From an uncultured virus (IMG/VR IMGVR_UViG_3300009130_000017) (Duplodnaviria; Heunggongvirae; Uroviricota; Caudoviricetes): DNA of 64,000 nucleotides. The DNA lies in IMG/VR virus record IMGVR_UViG_3300009130_000017, positions 1-64,000 of that record, one strand, 5' to 3'. Both the position numbers and the translations under genes were made by a program. Positions 1-10,876 of the stretch are shown here, one piece after another (within the stretch, counting starts at the first letter, position 1; each line of letters opens with the position of its first letter). Below the pieces are notes generated by a model. The model was given only the letters and a program-made list of their open reading frames with translations. It did not search any database and was not told the DNA's origin.

Positions 1-1
1 A

Positions 2-2131
2 GTTAATCAGGTGGGAGTGGGCTCCTACAGTCAACAGCAACAACAAAAGGAGCTTGGCCTATCCCCAGTTGAATGGAGCCGTGCGTATGCGCCTATTACC
101 TCCGCGTCACTTTACTTAGACAAACCAAAGACAAGCCTATATCTCTTGATGCCCGGTGATGAGATTGTATTGGGGTTCCAGCCGTCTCTCCAGGGCGGCA
201 ATCGTGGAAATAATACAATACCTATGAACCCGAACGTTAACCCATACGGTCCTTGGAGGGATGGGGTTTATGATAGACAAGGGATACCAACTGGATCTGC
301 TTACAATCCTGAGTGGAACTATGCTCTAGACTCCGCCCGATCTGAAAAAGTAGATTCTCGTGGTCAAGGTGGGTATCACCTTCGTCGTGGACCCAACAAG
401 GTAATAACACGTAATGCCAAGAATGTAAGCATAAATAACGCAAATATGGAGACTGTTTATGAGCCAAGGAGTTCATTTACACTGAAGAAGTCACGAAATG
501 CTAAGCTCGTTCTTTATGGTACTCTTCTTAGAAATAAAAAGCATCTACCACCTGATTCGACGGTCCCACCCCAGCGTACAAATGTTGTACATCAAGCTAT
601 TATGGGCGCCCCTGTAACTGACCAGTTCCAGATTGAGCCAACGTATGCTTACACAGGAAGCTATATTGCACATCATATTACGGGTAATATCCAATATACT
701 CAGAGAAATAGATATGATATGGCACTTCCCCAATTTACGGAAGGCATTAATCTTCTAATTCGATCTCCCTTTTCGCGCCTTTCACCATCTTACGTACCGC
801 TTGGTGGTCCCTATTCTGTATATGGAGAATATACCAGACGTGTTTATAGACCTAATGCCAGGGATAATCAAAAGACATGGTTCGGCCTTGGTCTACCTGA
901 TGCTGATGGAATCGCCGGAGATGCCGGCACTACACCATACTGGCCAAAGGCTCCTTCAACTTCGATAAGCATGGGAATTTCTGGGTCGATCCAGCGCTTT
1001 GTTCGATTGTCTGATGATAGTGAATATTACTATGATTCATTCCCTCCCAACCCATCCCGGATGTGGGATATAGACTTATTGATGTCAGGGGGTGTATCCG
1101 GGCCTCAAATCTCGGGACCCTCTCCCGAAGCCTTCGATTCGGCCCAAACGGATAAAACTCTCTCGTTTAATCTTGGTACTACATCATGGGTCTACACTTG
1201 GTCCACACCCTGGAATGGAGGCACGGAGGCGACTCCTAACGAGGAGCTCGACGAACGTCCAATGTGGCCAAACCCCTATTACTTACCATCATTTCCATTC
1301 GAGGAAAGGTATAGTACACTTAAAAGAGCAATCGTAACGACCGAAGGGCTGAATACATCTGGTTCACGAGCGTCTGTATTTGTTCCAAAAGACAACTATC
1401 AGAACGCGCTGGCTTGGAAGAGTGCATTGGCGAAATTATCAAATTCCGGTCGAACGTTCCCTACAGGCTCTCAGGCTCTCGTAACATCAATCAGAATAGC
1501 GGATGGGGTCAATGATCGTATGTTTGAGGCAATAAGCTGGGCAAAGCCCAAGGGCAACACTCAGGCATGGTCCGGCGCGAAAAAAGTTGATAATCCAGCT
1601 GGTCAGCTAAACATTGTCATGGCTTCTATATTTGGTTTCTGGAAAACAGAGTGGGGTGATCGTCCGCTTCCAACAGTCGGCCGACTGTTTCCAAACACAG
1701 ACACAACACAGATTGGTTTCACCAACTGGGCTCCAAAAGCACAATTGGATCATCCATCGGGATGGAAGTACGGCCTTATTAATTTTAGAAAGCAGTCAAC
1801 TTCTGCAGTGTTTAGGTATGATAGGTTCGGACAATTCAGGGATATGCTTGAGCAGAGGCAGTACTCGAGATTTTATGATACTGGAGACGAACACACTCCA
1901 GCAGGCTTGCAAGAACCGGCCGTATCATGTATTTTCGTAGACGGGGATGGGCTCCCACTTAGCGACCCCAGGGAGACGTCTTGCTTGAACGTTAGTAGCG
2001 AAATGACATCTTCTGTTCCTTACAAAGAGGGTGAAACATCACGGACCTTCCTATTTAGTAGACAGACAGTAACTATTAGTCCTCTTGTACAATCATTTAC
2101 GGCCTCGCCGTTCCTTAGCTCACTGGGCTGA
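2..2131 (+). CDS. C-terminal part of a large virion structural protein (probable baseplate/tail-associated), 5' truncated
   Basis: Frame is open from position 2, so the GTG at 11 is probably internal. Pro/Gly/Ser/Thr-rich with several TGS/SGS motifs; lies directly upstream of the fibre genes. No recognisable catalytic motif. Confidence 0.55.
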   Translation, partial: VNQVGVGSYSQQQQQKELGLSPVEWSRAYAPITSASLYLDKPKTSLYLLMPGDEIVLGFQPSLQGGNRGNNTIPMNPNVNPYGPWRDGVYDRQGIPTGSAYNPEWNYALDSARSEKVDSRGQGGYHLRRGPNKVITRNAKNVSINNANMETVYEPRSSFTLKKSRNAKLVLYGTLLRNKKHLPPDSTVPPQRTNVVHQAIMGAPVTDQFQIEPTYAYTGSYIAHHITGNIQYTQRNRYDMALPQFTEGINLLIRSPFSRLSPSYVPLGGPYSVYGEYTRRVYRPNARDNQKTWFGLGLPDADGIAGDAGTTPYWPKAPSTSISMGISGSIQRFVRLSDDSEYYYDSFPPNPSRMWDIDLLMSGGVSGPQISGPSPEAFDSAQTDKTLSFNLGTTSWVYTWSTPWNGGTEATPNEELDERPMWPNPYYLPSFPFEERYSTLKRAIVTTEGLNTSGSRASVFVPKDNYQNALAWKSALAKLSNSGRTFPTGSQALVTSIRIADGVNDRMFEAISWAKPKGNTQAWSGAKKVDNPAGQLNIVMASIFGFWKTEWGDRPLPTVGRLFPNTDTTQIGFTNWAPKAQLDHPSGWKYGLINFRKQSTSAVFRYDRFGQFRDMLEQRQYSRFYDTGDEHTPAGLQEPAVSCIFVDGDGLPLSDPRETSCLNVSSEMTSSVPYKEGETSRTFLFSRQTVTISPLVQSFTASPFLSSLG

Positions 2132-2154
2132 TTCAAGAGGGTGGCGAGAGATGA

Positions 2155-5100
2155 ATGGCCGATCAAGACAGAACAGACATAAGAAAAACTGATTTTCTTG
2201 TAATACGATCGCAACGTAATGATGACATCGTTAAGATCATCACGCCTCAAGCATTTCAAGTTGGCCTTCCTGGCGAGTCATCCGCAGATACTGAATTCGA
2301 CAAGTCACTGATCGTATACGGTAATATTAACGCTTCATCATTTGTCGCTAGTAATACGTATGTTACTGCAAGCGAGTCACTCGGCGCACCCACGATTAAC
2401 ACACAGCTTGTGAAATCGATTGCCCTGACAGGTTCTCTGACAAACTTAGCAGATGGCTCTTCATATCTAAAAGAAGGGTCAAATATCACTATTGCCACGG
2501 GCTCAGATGGACAGATTACGATCGGCGCATCTGGATTTTCTAACAATCCGTTGACAATTGGAAATGGATTGCAATTAGACTCAGGAACTACATATGACGG
2601 TTCTGCCGCTGTAACACTGACACCGGATTTTGTTAGTAACGGAGGTGTTAACGTAATCTCATCAGCTGGAATAAGGGTCGATTTTGATAATCTGTCCAGT
2701 GTCACTCCGACAACATCTGATCTAATAATGTTTGGAGACGTAACGAGTGGGGTATCAGGTTTTCCGAGAAAATGTACTGTTGCAACGCTTCTAGCTCTTG
2801 GTGGTGGCGGCTCTGTGAGCGCATTAACGATAGGCGCACCTCTACAACTACAGTCTGGAAATAGCACGTGGGACGGTTCGACTACAGATAGGATCCTTGT
2901 TGCGACGGGTTCTGGAGGCGGATTAGAGGTCAGTAGTGATGCACTAAAAATTAAGCTAGCTGATGCTAGTTTAGATCTCGCCGTAGCTGGGATTTCAATA
3001 AACTTAGATGGTACAACGTTAAGCGTTGGTGGGAGTGGTATAAGCGTCGCAAAGGTTCCCAACGCACTTTCAGAAACAACTGGTATTGCGAATTTTTCAT
3101 ATGATGGTTCTGGCACAGCCACGATTGGTATCGACACAACCACAGTCCCGATGCTAGCATCTAGTAACGCTTTTGTGGGGAACAATACGTTTTCTGGTAA
3201 TGATACTCACTCTGGTAATGATACCTTTACGGGTACAAACACATTTTCCGGGAACAATACATTCACAGGAACAAATACATTTGGTACAATTCTAGCAGTT
3301 CATGATGAGGTCTCCAGTGGAGTACCGTACCTTGTCGCTGGTAGCAATGTTACAATATCTTATGATACACCTACGACAGGACAAATCACGATTGCTTCCT
3401 CTCTTGGCACCGGTGGTACACTTAGTCAGGGTTCTGGTATTGGTACGTTCTCTTATGATGGAACTGGAAATGCGACAGTTGCAATAGATTCTACTAGTTT
3501 AGCACAATCGGGTGATAGAGCATCGTATGCAATTTTGTCAAATGGTGGAACTACAATCACGAAACAGCTCGTGGGAACGCTGGTCGATTTAGTTGATCGT
3601 ACTGCTATAATGAATGAGGGAACAGGAATTGACATAACATTCAACGGAAATACCAACCCTGCTGAAATTGCGATCAAGATTGATAGTAATACAATCAGTA
3701 CTGATGGGTCTGGAAATCTGAACGTACAGAAAGTCCCAAATTCTCTATCACAAGGGGTCGGAATCAAGGCATTTACGTTTGATGGTTCAGCGGCTCAAAA
3801 TGTTATTATCGATAATTCAGTTGTGGCTTGCTTGACTGGCTCACAATTTAGTGGTGATATTGGCATAACAGGATCTTTGGAAGTTGAGAAGAATTCAATT
3901 TTTCGTGGGTGGACATCTCTTGCCGGCAAGACTACCGCGCTAAATCTATCTGGGTCTTTGACGAAACTCATAGATGGATCATCATATCTAAGGGCTGGAA
4001 ACCAAATTGAGATAGTTACCCAATCAAACGGTAGCGTGTTAATATCATATACTATTGCTGGAGGTTCGCCCGGTGGAGGTAACAGCGATAAAAGGGCAGA
4101 GTATTTAGTTCTTACTCCAACGGGCTCTCTAACAGCAGAGCGGGTAATGACACCTGGGACTGGCTTAAAAGGAACCGATGGTGGCGCAGCTGGCGCATAT
4201 ACTCTAGATATTCTTGACTCCATTGTTGCCACACTTACAGGGTCGGTTTTTAGTGGAGCCGTAACAGCACCTGCATTTACAGGTTCTCTCCAAATGCTTA
4301 ACGACGGTACAACTCGGTACATAGTTGGAACCGGATCAGTGAATGTTTCAACCTCCTCAGCCGGTCAGGTAGTGGTTAGCTCTAGTGCTGGAAAGATTTA
4401 TTCTCCTGGTACCGGTATAAGGCTATCGGAAGATGTATTTTCCGTTAAAGATTCGATTGTCGCAACTCTAACCGGCTCCCAGTTTAGTGGAAATATTGGT
4501 GTTACTGGGTCTTTAGAGGTAGAGGGTAACGCGGTATTCCGGACAGGGTTAACAGGCTCCCTTCAGATGCTAAGCAATGGCTCCACGAGATATCTCATAG
4601 GCACAGGTGCAGTGAGTGTATCCACTGCGTCAAGTGGCCAAGTTATTGTTAGCGCAAGTCAAGGTCGTACCTACACAGCTGGAACAGGACTGAAACTTAC
4701 TAGCGATGTATTTTCTGTTAAAGATTCGATCGTCGCGACATTAACCGGCTCTCAGTTTAGCGGAAATGTAGGCGTGACAGGAACATTGGGCGTTGAGAGT
4801 AGTGCAATATTCAAGACAGGGTTAACAGGCTCCCTTCAGATGCTTAGCGACGGTTCTACACCATATCTTATAGGGACGGGAAGTGTTAGTGTCACTACAT
4901 CGTCATCTGGGCAACTGGTGATATCTTCTTCGAATACTGGAGGAGGTACCGTAAGCGTTTCCCAAGCTGGCAGTGATACCGTCTCTGGAGTCTCAAAGTT
5001 CGTATTTACTTCAAGCTTAGTGACGAATGATGGTGGCGGACAAGTTACGATTAAACCTGTCATTGGGATTGCCGAAGATGGCACTTATGGGGACGGCTTA

Positions 5101-8100
5101 TTTACAGACTTTGCTTATGGTACGGCTATTGGAACAGCTGTAGATAGGTTCAACGAAGTTTTACTTGATCTTGCTCCATCACCCGCTCCTGCTCTCGATA
5201 ATGTTGACTCAAGCGATACAGGTACAGCTGCATATCTTTCTTTCGGTTCAAGTGCAGCAGCTTCTGGATATACTGACGTTGGCTCATCAGCGGGTTACGG
5301 AATAGCAGTTGATGTAAATGGGCTATACGAAGTTGCGACAAATAGCGGCAATCTAAGGAGAGCAATTTTTACCGGTGCCACAGTAATGGATGGTACTCTA
5401 AATTCCGACGTTCCAGAAAATCGTTATGCCAATAATCAGCTCAATTATCCTCAATATTCATTTGGTGATGCAGATGTAGGTATAATACAACTTGAAGTTA
5501 ACGGTACAGTTATCCATACAGCTTCTTTATCTAGCACTTCTGTGGGTAGTGGTAACCCTGGAAGCGGTACATTTATTAGTACTGGGTCTAATGGCTCTGG
5601 GTTTATCAATCTTTCTCAGACAGGATCAGCAAAACAACAGGATGGGTCTTCATTCAATACGTTCAAACATCGAACAGGTGATTGGCAGGTAGGAACTGGG
5701 GACCAACGAAATGGGTGGAATTATTCTAGGGTTACGCGCGTTGTAAACAATATTACATCTTCATTAACAAATTACGTTGAGTGGGTAAATGATTCTAATT
5801 CTAGTGCATTAGCTGCCAGCAATAACCAGATTACAGCAGTCGATGCCGGCGGCCTTAAGCAACTATCAGGAGTTTCATTCTTTAGGTCTGGTACAGCAGA
5901 GTATCGTGTTGATGTGAGCAATGCATATAAGACATGTTACGACTTAAATGCGATTACATTTACCACCACAAATCTCAGTATTGCTAATATTGCAAAGCCC
6001 ACAATCAACACCGGAGCCGGCGAAAATTCTGAAAAGGTTCTTTCGTTAACAGGCTCTGCTACGATCACAGATGAGACTATGTTGAATGGGTCAGTATCGG
6101 CAGCTGTGACAGTCACTCATCCGCTGAAGGCAAATTTAACAGACGGCGGCTCAACTTCTGCTTCAGGATTTTTGCTATGGAACGTTACAGAAACAGCCAC
6201 TGTAACAAATGAAACGTTTACTGGTGAGACCTATAGAGCACAAAGTGGAAGTTTCGCAAATCAGACAGATGTTACTGGGGGATCTCTTGATTGGGATAGC
6301 TCAATTCATATGTCTGGTTCGGGTGGGCATGCCAATGGCTTGCTGGTCTATAATAATAAGTTGGTTGCACCTGATGAAGGATTATTAAGTGGAGACTTTA
6401 GAAATTCCACCGATGGTGGTTCTTTGGCTTTTGCACCTTCTGGTAATCCAAATTATAGTGGTATAAATTCCGGTACAAGAACATTTTATAGAAAATTCCG
6501 GAATACGGAAGGTGCGAATAGAGATTCATATACAATAGCATTAGCTGGATCCACAAACATCACCACTGCCGGCGGAGCACTTGGCGCGAATACCATAAAG
6601 ATATTTTCAAGACTTCCTGATGATGGAACCGGCACTTCAAATACGACTGGATGGTTAGACTGTTCTACTTTGTTTACTTCTGCATCTTATGTCGATGATT
6701 CTGGGTGTAGGGTATACACAAATGATACCAGCGTTCCAGCAACGCTATATTGCACTTTTGGCGTGAAGCATATCAGAAACAATGATTATCTTATGCTTAA
6801 GATTTTGGCAGATGCGTCGTGGACGGGGAATATTTCCGACATAACTGTTAACTTTGCTAATTCAGATGCAACTGATGCTTCTAACTTATCTACAATCTCA
6901 TCGACTGATGACGGCGAAGACGCAAAGTTAAGCTTTGGTTCAAGCAAAGCGATTCCCGGGTTTGCCGATGTAGGTTCTGGCGCCGGTGTAGGAAGCGCAG
7001 TCAATGTTAACGCAGAATATAACGACGGAGACCCTAACGCTCGTAGGCTTGGAATATTTGCTAAAACAACAGCAATAGATGGCCCACTAAATACAAACAC
7101 TTCGACCGGTGGTTTTGGCGAAGGAAATTGCGGCACGTTAAAACTTGAGGTTAATGGAAGTGAAATAGCAGCTGCAGAGATTGATTTGTCTGCCCTGGCC
7201 GGCTCAGGGTATCCAGGCTCGGGAGCCACTAGCGTAGTCAACGCAAGTGGTACAGGATTTACGAATGTATCAACCACCCAACCGCGGACCGGTTCAAATA
7301 ACTTCCCCAACTTTAATTACTATTTTAGGACTGCGAAGTTCAATGTAGCTGCGGCCGATCAAAGAGACGGATGGAATTACGTTCGAGCAATCCATACTCT
7401 GGCCGGTGTTGATAGGACTACGACTTACGTTGAGTGGGTAAATGATCCGTACACAACGGCAATGTCATTCTCCAATATTGGATTTGATGATTTCGGTGGA
7501 AGCTCTATATTCTATCTTTCTGGTGTTCGATATTTTGATAATTCAGCTTCTACTGTAACTGGTAGCCTCAAGGCAGCGGTCAGTGGTTCTCATTCTAACA
7601 TATACTCGAAATTGAATAATGCATTTTCTGTGACAGGAATGTCGAATGTTTCAATATCTCAAGTAATCTTTAGTGGAAGCGGGTACACTTATACAACTCA
7701 CAATAGTGATAGTACGGTACCGCTGCCTGCTCTTGATACGTCTGTTTCAGAAGGTCAATCAAACGACCTTCTTGTAACAGCATCATTCGGTTGCACTCTT
7801 ACGAATTCTCTTCCAGCTGATGCAGATTCTGTGACTGCGAAGTTTAGGGTTTATCATCCACAAAAGTCAAATTTATTATCGTCCGAGCAAAGTAAAAGTA
7901 CATTCTTGATTTATTCTGCTAGTGATTCCTCGACTAGAAATATAACCGAGAATTTCAGCGGAGAGCTTTACAGGTTGATATCTGCTTCTTATAGCACGAA
8001 AGCCGACATAACAGATGCTGCCAATGTCTGGAATTCTCAGAATGACATGAATACCGTCTCAAACTATGATGACGGCTTGTTGATATTCGATGGGAAGTTG

Positions 8101-8640
8101 TATTCTCCCAAGGCACAAGGAAATTCTGGAGACTTCAGAAATGTTGCAGATGGTGGCTCATATCAGGGGCCATACGGAAATATGAATTACAGCAGTCTGA
8201 CAAAAGCAACTAGAACTTATTATAGGGCTTTTAGAAATGATACAAGCTCAGATGTTGCACAAGTGATGCTCCAATTCACTGGGAGTGCTGAAATTATTCC
8301 AAGGAGCGGTGGATTTGCTTCTGGCTCTCTTGGTACAAATAATATGATTCACGTCGACGTTAAGATTCCCGGTAAGACCGCTTGGCTTGATTTAGCGAAA
8401 GCAGGTTCGGGTGCGGGTACATATAACGTCGATGGGAATGGCTGCTTAAAGGGCACCCCGGGTCAAACAATAAACGCGAATGGTGCCCAAACCCTTTGCT
8501 CTTTTCAGGGTGAAACATCAAACGGCACTGGTGGCGCTTCGGTTCCAGCCGCCGCGTCAGACTTTGTATTAATTAGAATAAACGCAGATGATGATTGGAC
8601 AGGTAATCTGGACACAATCCGCGTTCAGTGGAGCACATAA
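2155..8640 (+). CDS. Giant (2161 aa) tail fibre/spike-like structural protein with repeated shaft modules and a duplicated ~564-aa C-terminal domain
   Basis: Gly/Ser/Thr-rich. Repeats DSIVATLTGSQFSG and GSLxxLxDGxxYL; hexapeptide run GNNTFS/GNDTFT; two homologous C-terminal halves. GAGGGTGG SD-like sequence upstream. Confidence 0.7.
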   Translation: MADQDRTDIRKTDFLVIRSQRNDDIVKIITPQAFQVGLPGESSADTEFDKSLIVYGNINASSFVASNTYVTASESLGAPTINTQLVKSIALTGSLTNLADGSSYLKEGSNITIATGSDGQITIGASGFSNNPLTIGNGLQLDSGTTYDGSAAVTLTPDFVSNGGVNVISSAGIRVDFDNLSSVTPTTSDLIMFGDVTSGVSGFPRKCTVATLLALGGGGSVSALTIGAPLQLQSGNSTWDGSTTDRILVATGSGGGLEVSSDALKIKLADASLDLAVAGISINLDGTTLSVGGSGISVAKVPNALSETTGIANFSYDGSGTATIGIDTTTVPMLASSNAFVGNNTFSGNDTHSGNDTFTGTNTFSGNNTFTGTNTFGTILAVHDEVSSGVPYLVAGSNVTISYDTPTTGQITIASSLGTGGTLSQGSGIGTFSYDGTGNATVAIDSTSLAQSGDRASYAILSNGGTTITKQLVGTLVDLVDRTAIMNEGTGIDITFNGNTNPAEIAIKIDSNTISTDGSGNLNVQKVPNSLSQGVGIKAFTFDGSAAQNVIIDNSVVACLTGSQFSGDIGITGSLEVEKNSIFRGWTSLAGKTTALNLSGSLTKLIDGSSYLRAGNQIEIVTQSNGSVLISYTIAGGSPGGGNSDKRAEYLVLTPTGSLTAERVMTPGTGLKGTDGGAAGAYTLDILDSIVATLTGSVFSGAVTAPAFTGSLQMLNDGTTRYIVGTGSVNVSTSSAGQVVVSSSAGKIYSPGTGIRLSEDVFSVKDSIVATLTGSQFSGNIGVTGSLEVEGNAVFRTGLTGSLQMLSNGSTRYLIGTGAVSVSTASSGQVIVSASQGRTYTAGTGLKLTSDVFSVKDSIVATLTGSQFSGNVGVTGTLGVESSAIFKTGLTGSLQMLSDGSTPYLIGTGSVSVTTSSSGQLVISSSNTGGGTVSVSQAGSDTVSGVSKFVFTSSLVTNDGGGQVTIKPVIGIAEDGTYGDGLFTDFAYGTAIGTAVDRFNEVLLDLAPSPAPALDNVDSSDTGTAAYLSFGSSAAASGYTDVGSSAGYGIAVDVNGLYEVATNSGNLRRAIFTGATVMDGTLNSDVPENRYANNQLNYPQYSFGDADVGIIQLEVNGTVIHTASLSSTSVGSGNPGSGTFISTGSNGSGFINLSQTGSAKQQDGSSFNTFKHRTGDWQVGTGDQRNGWNYSRVTRVVNNITSSLTNYVEWVNDSNSSALAASNNQITAVDAGGLKQLSGVSFFRSGTAEYRVDVSNAYKTCYDLNAITFTTTNLSIANIAKPTINTGAGENSEKVLSLTGSATITDETMLNGSVSAAVTVTHPLKANLTDGGSTSASGFLLWNVTETATVTNETFTGETYRAQSGSFANQTDVTGGSLDWDSSIHMSGSGGHANGLLVYNNKLVAPDEGLLSGDFRNSTDGGSLAFAPSGNPNYSGINSGTRTFYRKFRNTEGANRDSYTIALAGSTNITTAGGALGANTIKIFSRLPDDGTGTSNTTGWLDCSTLFTSASYVDDSGCRVYTNDTSVPATLYCTFGVKHIRNNDYLMLKILADASWTGNISDITVNFANSDATDASNLSTISSTDDGEDAKLSFGSSKAIPGFADVGSGAGVGSAVNVNAEYNDGDPNARRLGIFAKTTAIDGPLNTNTSTGGFGEGNCGTLKLEVNGSEIAAAEIDLSALAGSGYPGSGATSVVNASGTGFTNVSTTQPRTGSNNFPNFNYYFRTAKFNVAAADQRDGWNYVRAIHTLAGVDRTTTYVEWVNDPYTTAMSFSNIGFDDFGGSSIFYLSGVRYFDNSASTVTGSLKAAVSGSHSNIYSKLNNAFSVTGMSNVSISQVIFSGSGYTYTTHNSDSTVPLPALDTSVSEGQSNDLLVTASFGCTLTNSLPADADSVTAKFRVYHPQKSNLLSSEQSKSTFLIYSASDSSTRNITENFSGELYRLISASYSTKADITDAANVWNSQNDMNTVSNYDDGLLIFDGKLYSPKAQGNSGDFRNVADGGSYQGPYGNMNYSSLTKATRTYYRAFRNDTSSDVAQVMLQFTGSAEIIPRSGGFASGSLGTNNMIHVDVKIPGKTAWLDLAKAGSGAGTYNVDGNGCLKGTPGQTINANGAQTLCSFQGETSNGTGGASVPAAASDFVLIRINADDDWTGNLDTIRVQWST
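3178..3285 (+). repeat. Six tandem 18-bp (hexapeptide G-[NT]-[ND]-T-[FH]-[STG]) coding repeats
   Basis: Protein reads GNNTFS GNDTHS GNDTFT GTNTFS GNNTFT GTNTFG. Confidence 0.85.
4430..4930 (+). repeat. 273-bp (91-aa) period internal duplication in the fibre gene
   Basis: acagggttaacaggctcccttcagatgct occurs identically at 4543 and 4816; gatgtatttt-c-gttaaagattcgat occurs at 4432 and 4705. More diverged copies start near 3811 and 4216. Confidence 0.9.
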
Positions 8641-8642
8641 AA

Positions 8643-10820
8643 ATGGCTGGGAAGAGTCTTACTACTGCTACATTATTTGCTCAGAAAAAACTTCTGAACA
8701 AAGCGCAAACTAGTGTTCTAAAGTCTGATGCACAAGAAGTAATTGGGTCGAATATCCAGCCGGCCGCTGCAACTACATTCGGTCAGAAGATTCCAACGTC
8801 CCCTGCCCGAACTTTATATCTCATGCAGAGTGGTAGTCTTGGTGATCCGGCGACTGTCGAGTACGTACAGTTTAACATTGAATCTATAAGTGGAACAAGT
8901 TATGATGCGAATTCTGTAGATACAGGAGCTGGGCCCGAACCATCTACAACTGGACCTCACGGTTATAAATTAATATTGACTGGAAACTACGAAAGTCTTT
9001 CGCCCAATCCGAAGAAGGGTAATGGTATATTCGACAATGGGATGGACGTTTATACGACGATCGGCGGACTCCAGATTATCCCCCCTGTTTTTTCGAATGA
9101 TAGCCCAAACCCATACACAATTAAATTGTATAAGGGAGATCCCACTGATCCTACACAAGAGATTCCTTTAGAGAGTGAAATCGACTGGCAGCTGGATACC
9201 TTCAACGGTATTCTGTTTGTTCAAGACTATGATTCTTCAAATGTGCCTCTTTTTGCTAGGGCATTCATATATGTGGGAGATATGATTGATGCTGTCATCA
9301 CAAATACAGCTGGAGGAGATGCAGCAGCAGAATATCTTGTACTAACCCCAACAGGCTCACTTACGAATGAAAGGGCATTTACACCTGGTACAGGATTATC
9401 TGGTACTGATGGTGGAGCAGGTAATGCCTATACTGTGAAAGTACTAGACTCTGTTTTCGCTGCTCTTACTGGCTCGGTATTTTCAGGAACAGTCTCCGCT
9501 CCTGCATTGTCTGGGTCATTAACGAAGCTACAAGACGGAAGCAGTTATTTGATTGCTGGAAGCAATACGACAATAGTAACAGGTTCTTCAGGGGCCATTA
9601 CAATTTCTTCGACCGGGGGTATCGATGGTTCTGGAGCAGCAAACAGAATTGCCACCTGGTCAGATTCAGATACGCTAACATCCGACGCTGACTTTACGTG
9701 GAACGGATCTCTTTTAGATGTCCAGGGTGACGTAAATCTTAACGGAACAGTGGTGGTAAACCAGAGTGGTGTCGATAAAAACTTTAGGGTAGAAACTCAA
9801 AATAAAAGTAGCGCCTTACAGGTAGACGGTGAAACAGACCAAGTGCTTCTATTTTCTGGAAGTCTTTCTGACACTTCCGGCCACGGCTCGTCAGCAGCAG
9901 ACCCTGACCCAAGAGCGTTCAGTGACACTAATTTCTTTGTGTCAGGTTCTATTGATTCTCGAGACACTTCAAGAAGGGGCACCTCTGTTTTTGGTGGCGA
10001 TGTTGTAGTGTCTGGAACGCTATCTGTTAATAGGGGTCAAGCAGGTGTTGGTAGCATGTTTACCATTACGTCAGATGGTAAAGTCGGTATTGGATCTGAC
10101 ACTCCTTCTTACAAGCTTTCTGTTGGCGGAAATATGGACGTGGGAGAATACATCTACCACAAAAATGATGCCAATACCTTTATTCGGTTTCAGCCAGATG
10201 ATATAAACATTCAAGCTGGTGGTGTCGATCTTATAAGAATGACAGAATCAGGTGCCAATACACAGGTATTAATTTTGTCTGGTGGCGCCACCGCAGATCC
10301 GGATCCAGCTAGTTTTAGTGACACCAGCTTCTTTGTATCTGGAAGTATTGGTAGCATTGGAACATCATCAGGAGGTTCATCTGTTTTCGGAGGTGATGTA
10401 CTTGCATCTGGTTCACTAGTTGTCAAGAACGGCATAACAGGCTCTCTAACGCAGCTTTCAGATGGGACTTCATACCTAAGAGCTGGTTCGAATATAACAA
10501 TCACTTCTGGCTCAAATGGATCAGTTTCGATTGCCAGCTCAGCAGCTGGCGACAATAGATCAAAGGATGTTTATTTTATTAGTTCTGATGTCGATCCTGG
10601 CGATGCCGTTTCAGTATCATCATCAGACTTTTCCTCTGCATCTTATGATCCTGATAAAATTGACATATTTTTGAACGGTCAACTTGTACATTCTGGCTCT
10701 GTAGCACAGGTGAATGCTGGATCAAGAGACTATTATGTTAGCTCTGCAACATCCCTAAAGTTCTCTTTTAGAGTACAGATTGATGATATTCTTGACGTAA
10801 TTGTCTTTTCTGCAAGTTAG
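8643..10820 (+). CDS. Tail fibre-like structural protein (~725 aa)
   Basis: ATG 8643, two nt after the upstream stop, is preferred to GTG 8628. Contains the GKVGIGSDTPSYKLSVGG fibre-type repeat and duplicated ADPDPxxFSDTxFFVSGSI modules, and shares modules with ORF 2155. Confidence 0.7.
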   Translation: MAGKSLTTATLFAQKKLLNKAQTSVLKSDAQEVIGSNIQPAAATTFGQKIPTSPARTLYLMQSGSLGDPATVEYVQFNIESISGTSYDANSVDTGAGPEPSTTGPHGYKLILTGNYESLSPNPKKGNGIFDNGMDVYTTIGGLQIIPPVFSNDSPNPYTIKLYKGDPTDPTQEIPLESEIDWQLDTFNGILFVQDYDSSNVPLFARAFIYVGDMIDAVITNTAGGDAAAEYLVLTPTGSLTNERAFTPGTGLSGTDGGAGNAYTVKVLDSVFAALTGSVFSGTVSAPALSGSLTKLQDGSSYLIAGSNTTIVTGSSGAITISSTGGIDGSGAANRIATWSDSDTLTSDADFTWNGSLLDVQGDVNLNGTVVVNQSGVDKNFRVETQNKSSALQVDGETDQVLLFSGSLSDTSGHGSSAADPDPRAFSDTNFFVSGSIDSRDTSRRGTSVFGGDVVVSGTLSVNRGQAGVGSMFTITSDGKVGIGSDTPSYKLSVGGNMDVGEYIYHKNDANTFIRFQPDDINIQAGGVDLIRMTESGANTQVLILSGGATADPDPASFSDTSFFVSGSIGSIGTSSGGSSVFGGDVLASGSLVVKNGITGSLTQLSDGTSYLRAGSNITITSGSNGSVSIASSAAGDNRSKDVYFISSDVDPGDAVSVSSSDFSSASYDPDKIDIFLNGQLVHSGSVAQVNAGSRDYYVSSATSLKFSFRVQIDDILDVIVFSAS

Positions 10821-10876
10821 GTTGTTTGCTAACAATCTCCATAGTTACATCTATAATTGCTGAAGCGTGGATTTCA

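Noticed and set aside
3178..4930. Repeats as a possible CRISPR array or DGR template/variable repeat pair
   Set aside because: The repeats are in-frame coding units with periods divisible by three. There are no unique spacers, the differences are not adenine-specific, and no reverse transcriptase or cas gene is present.
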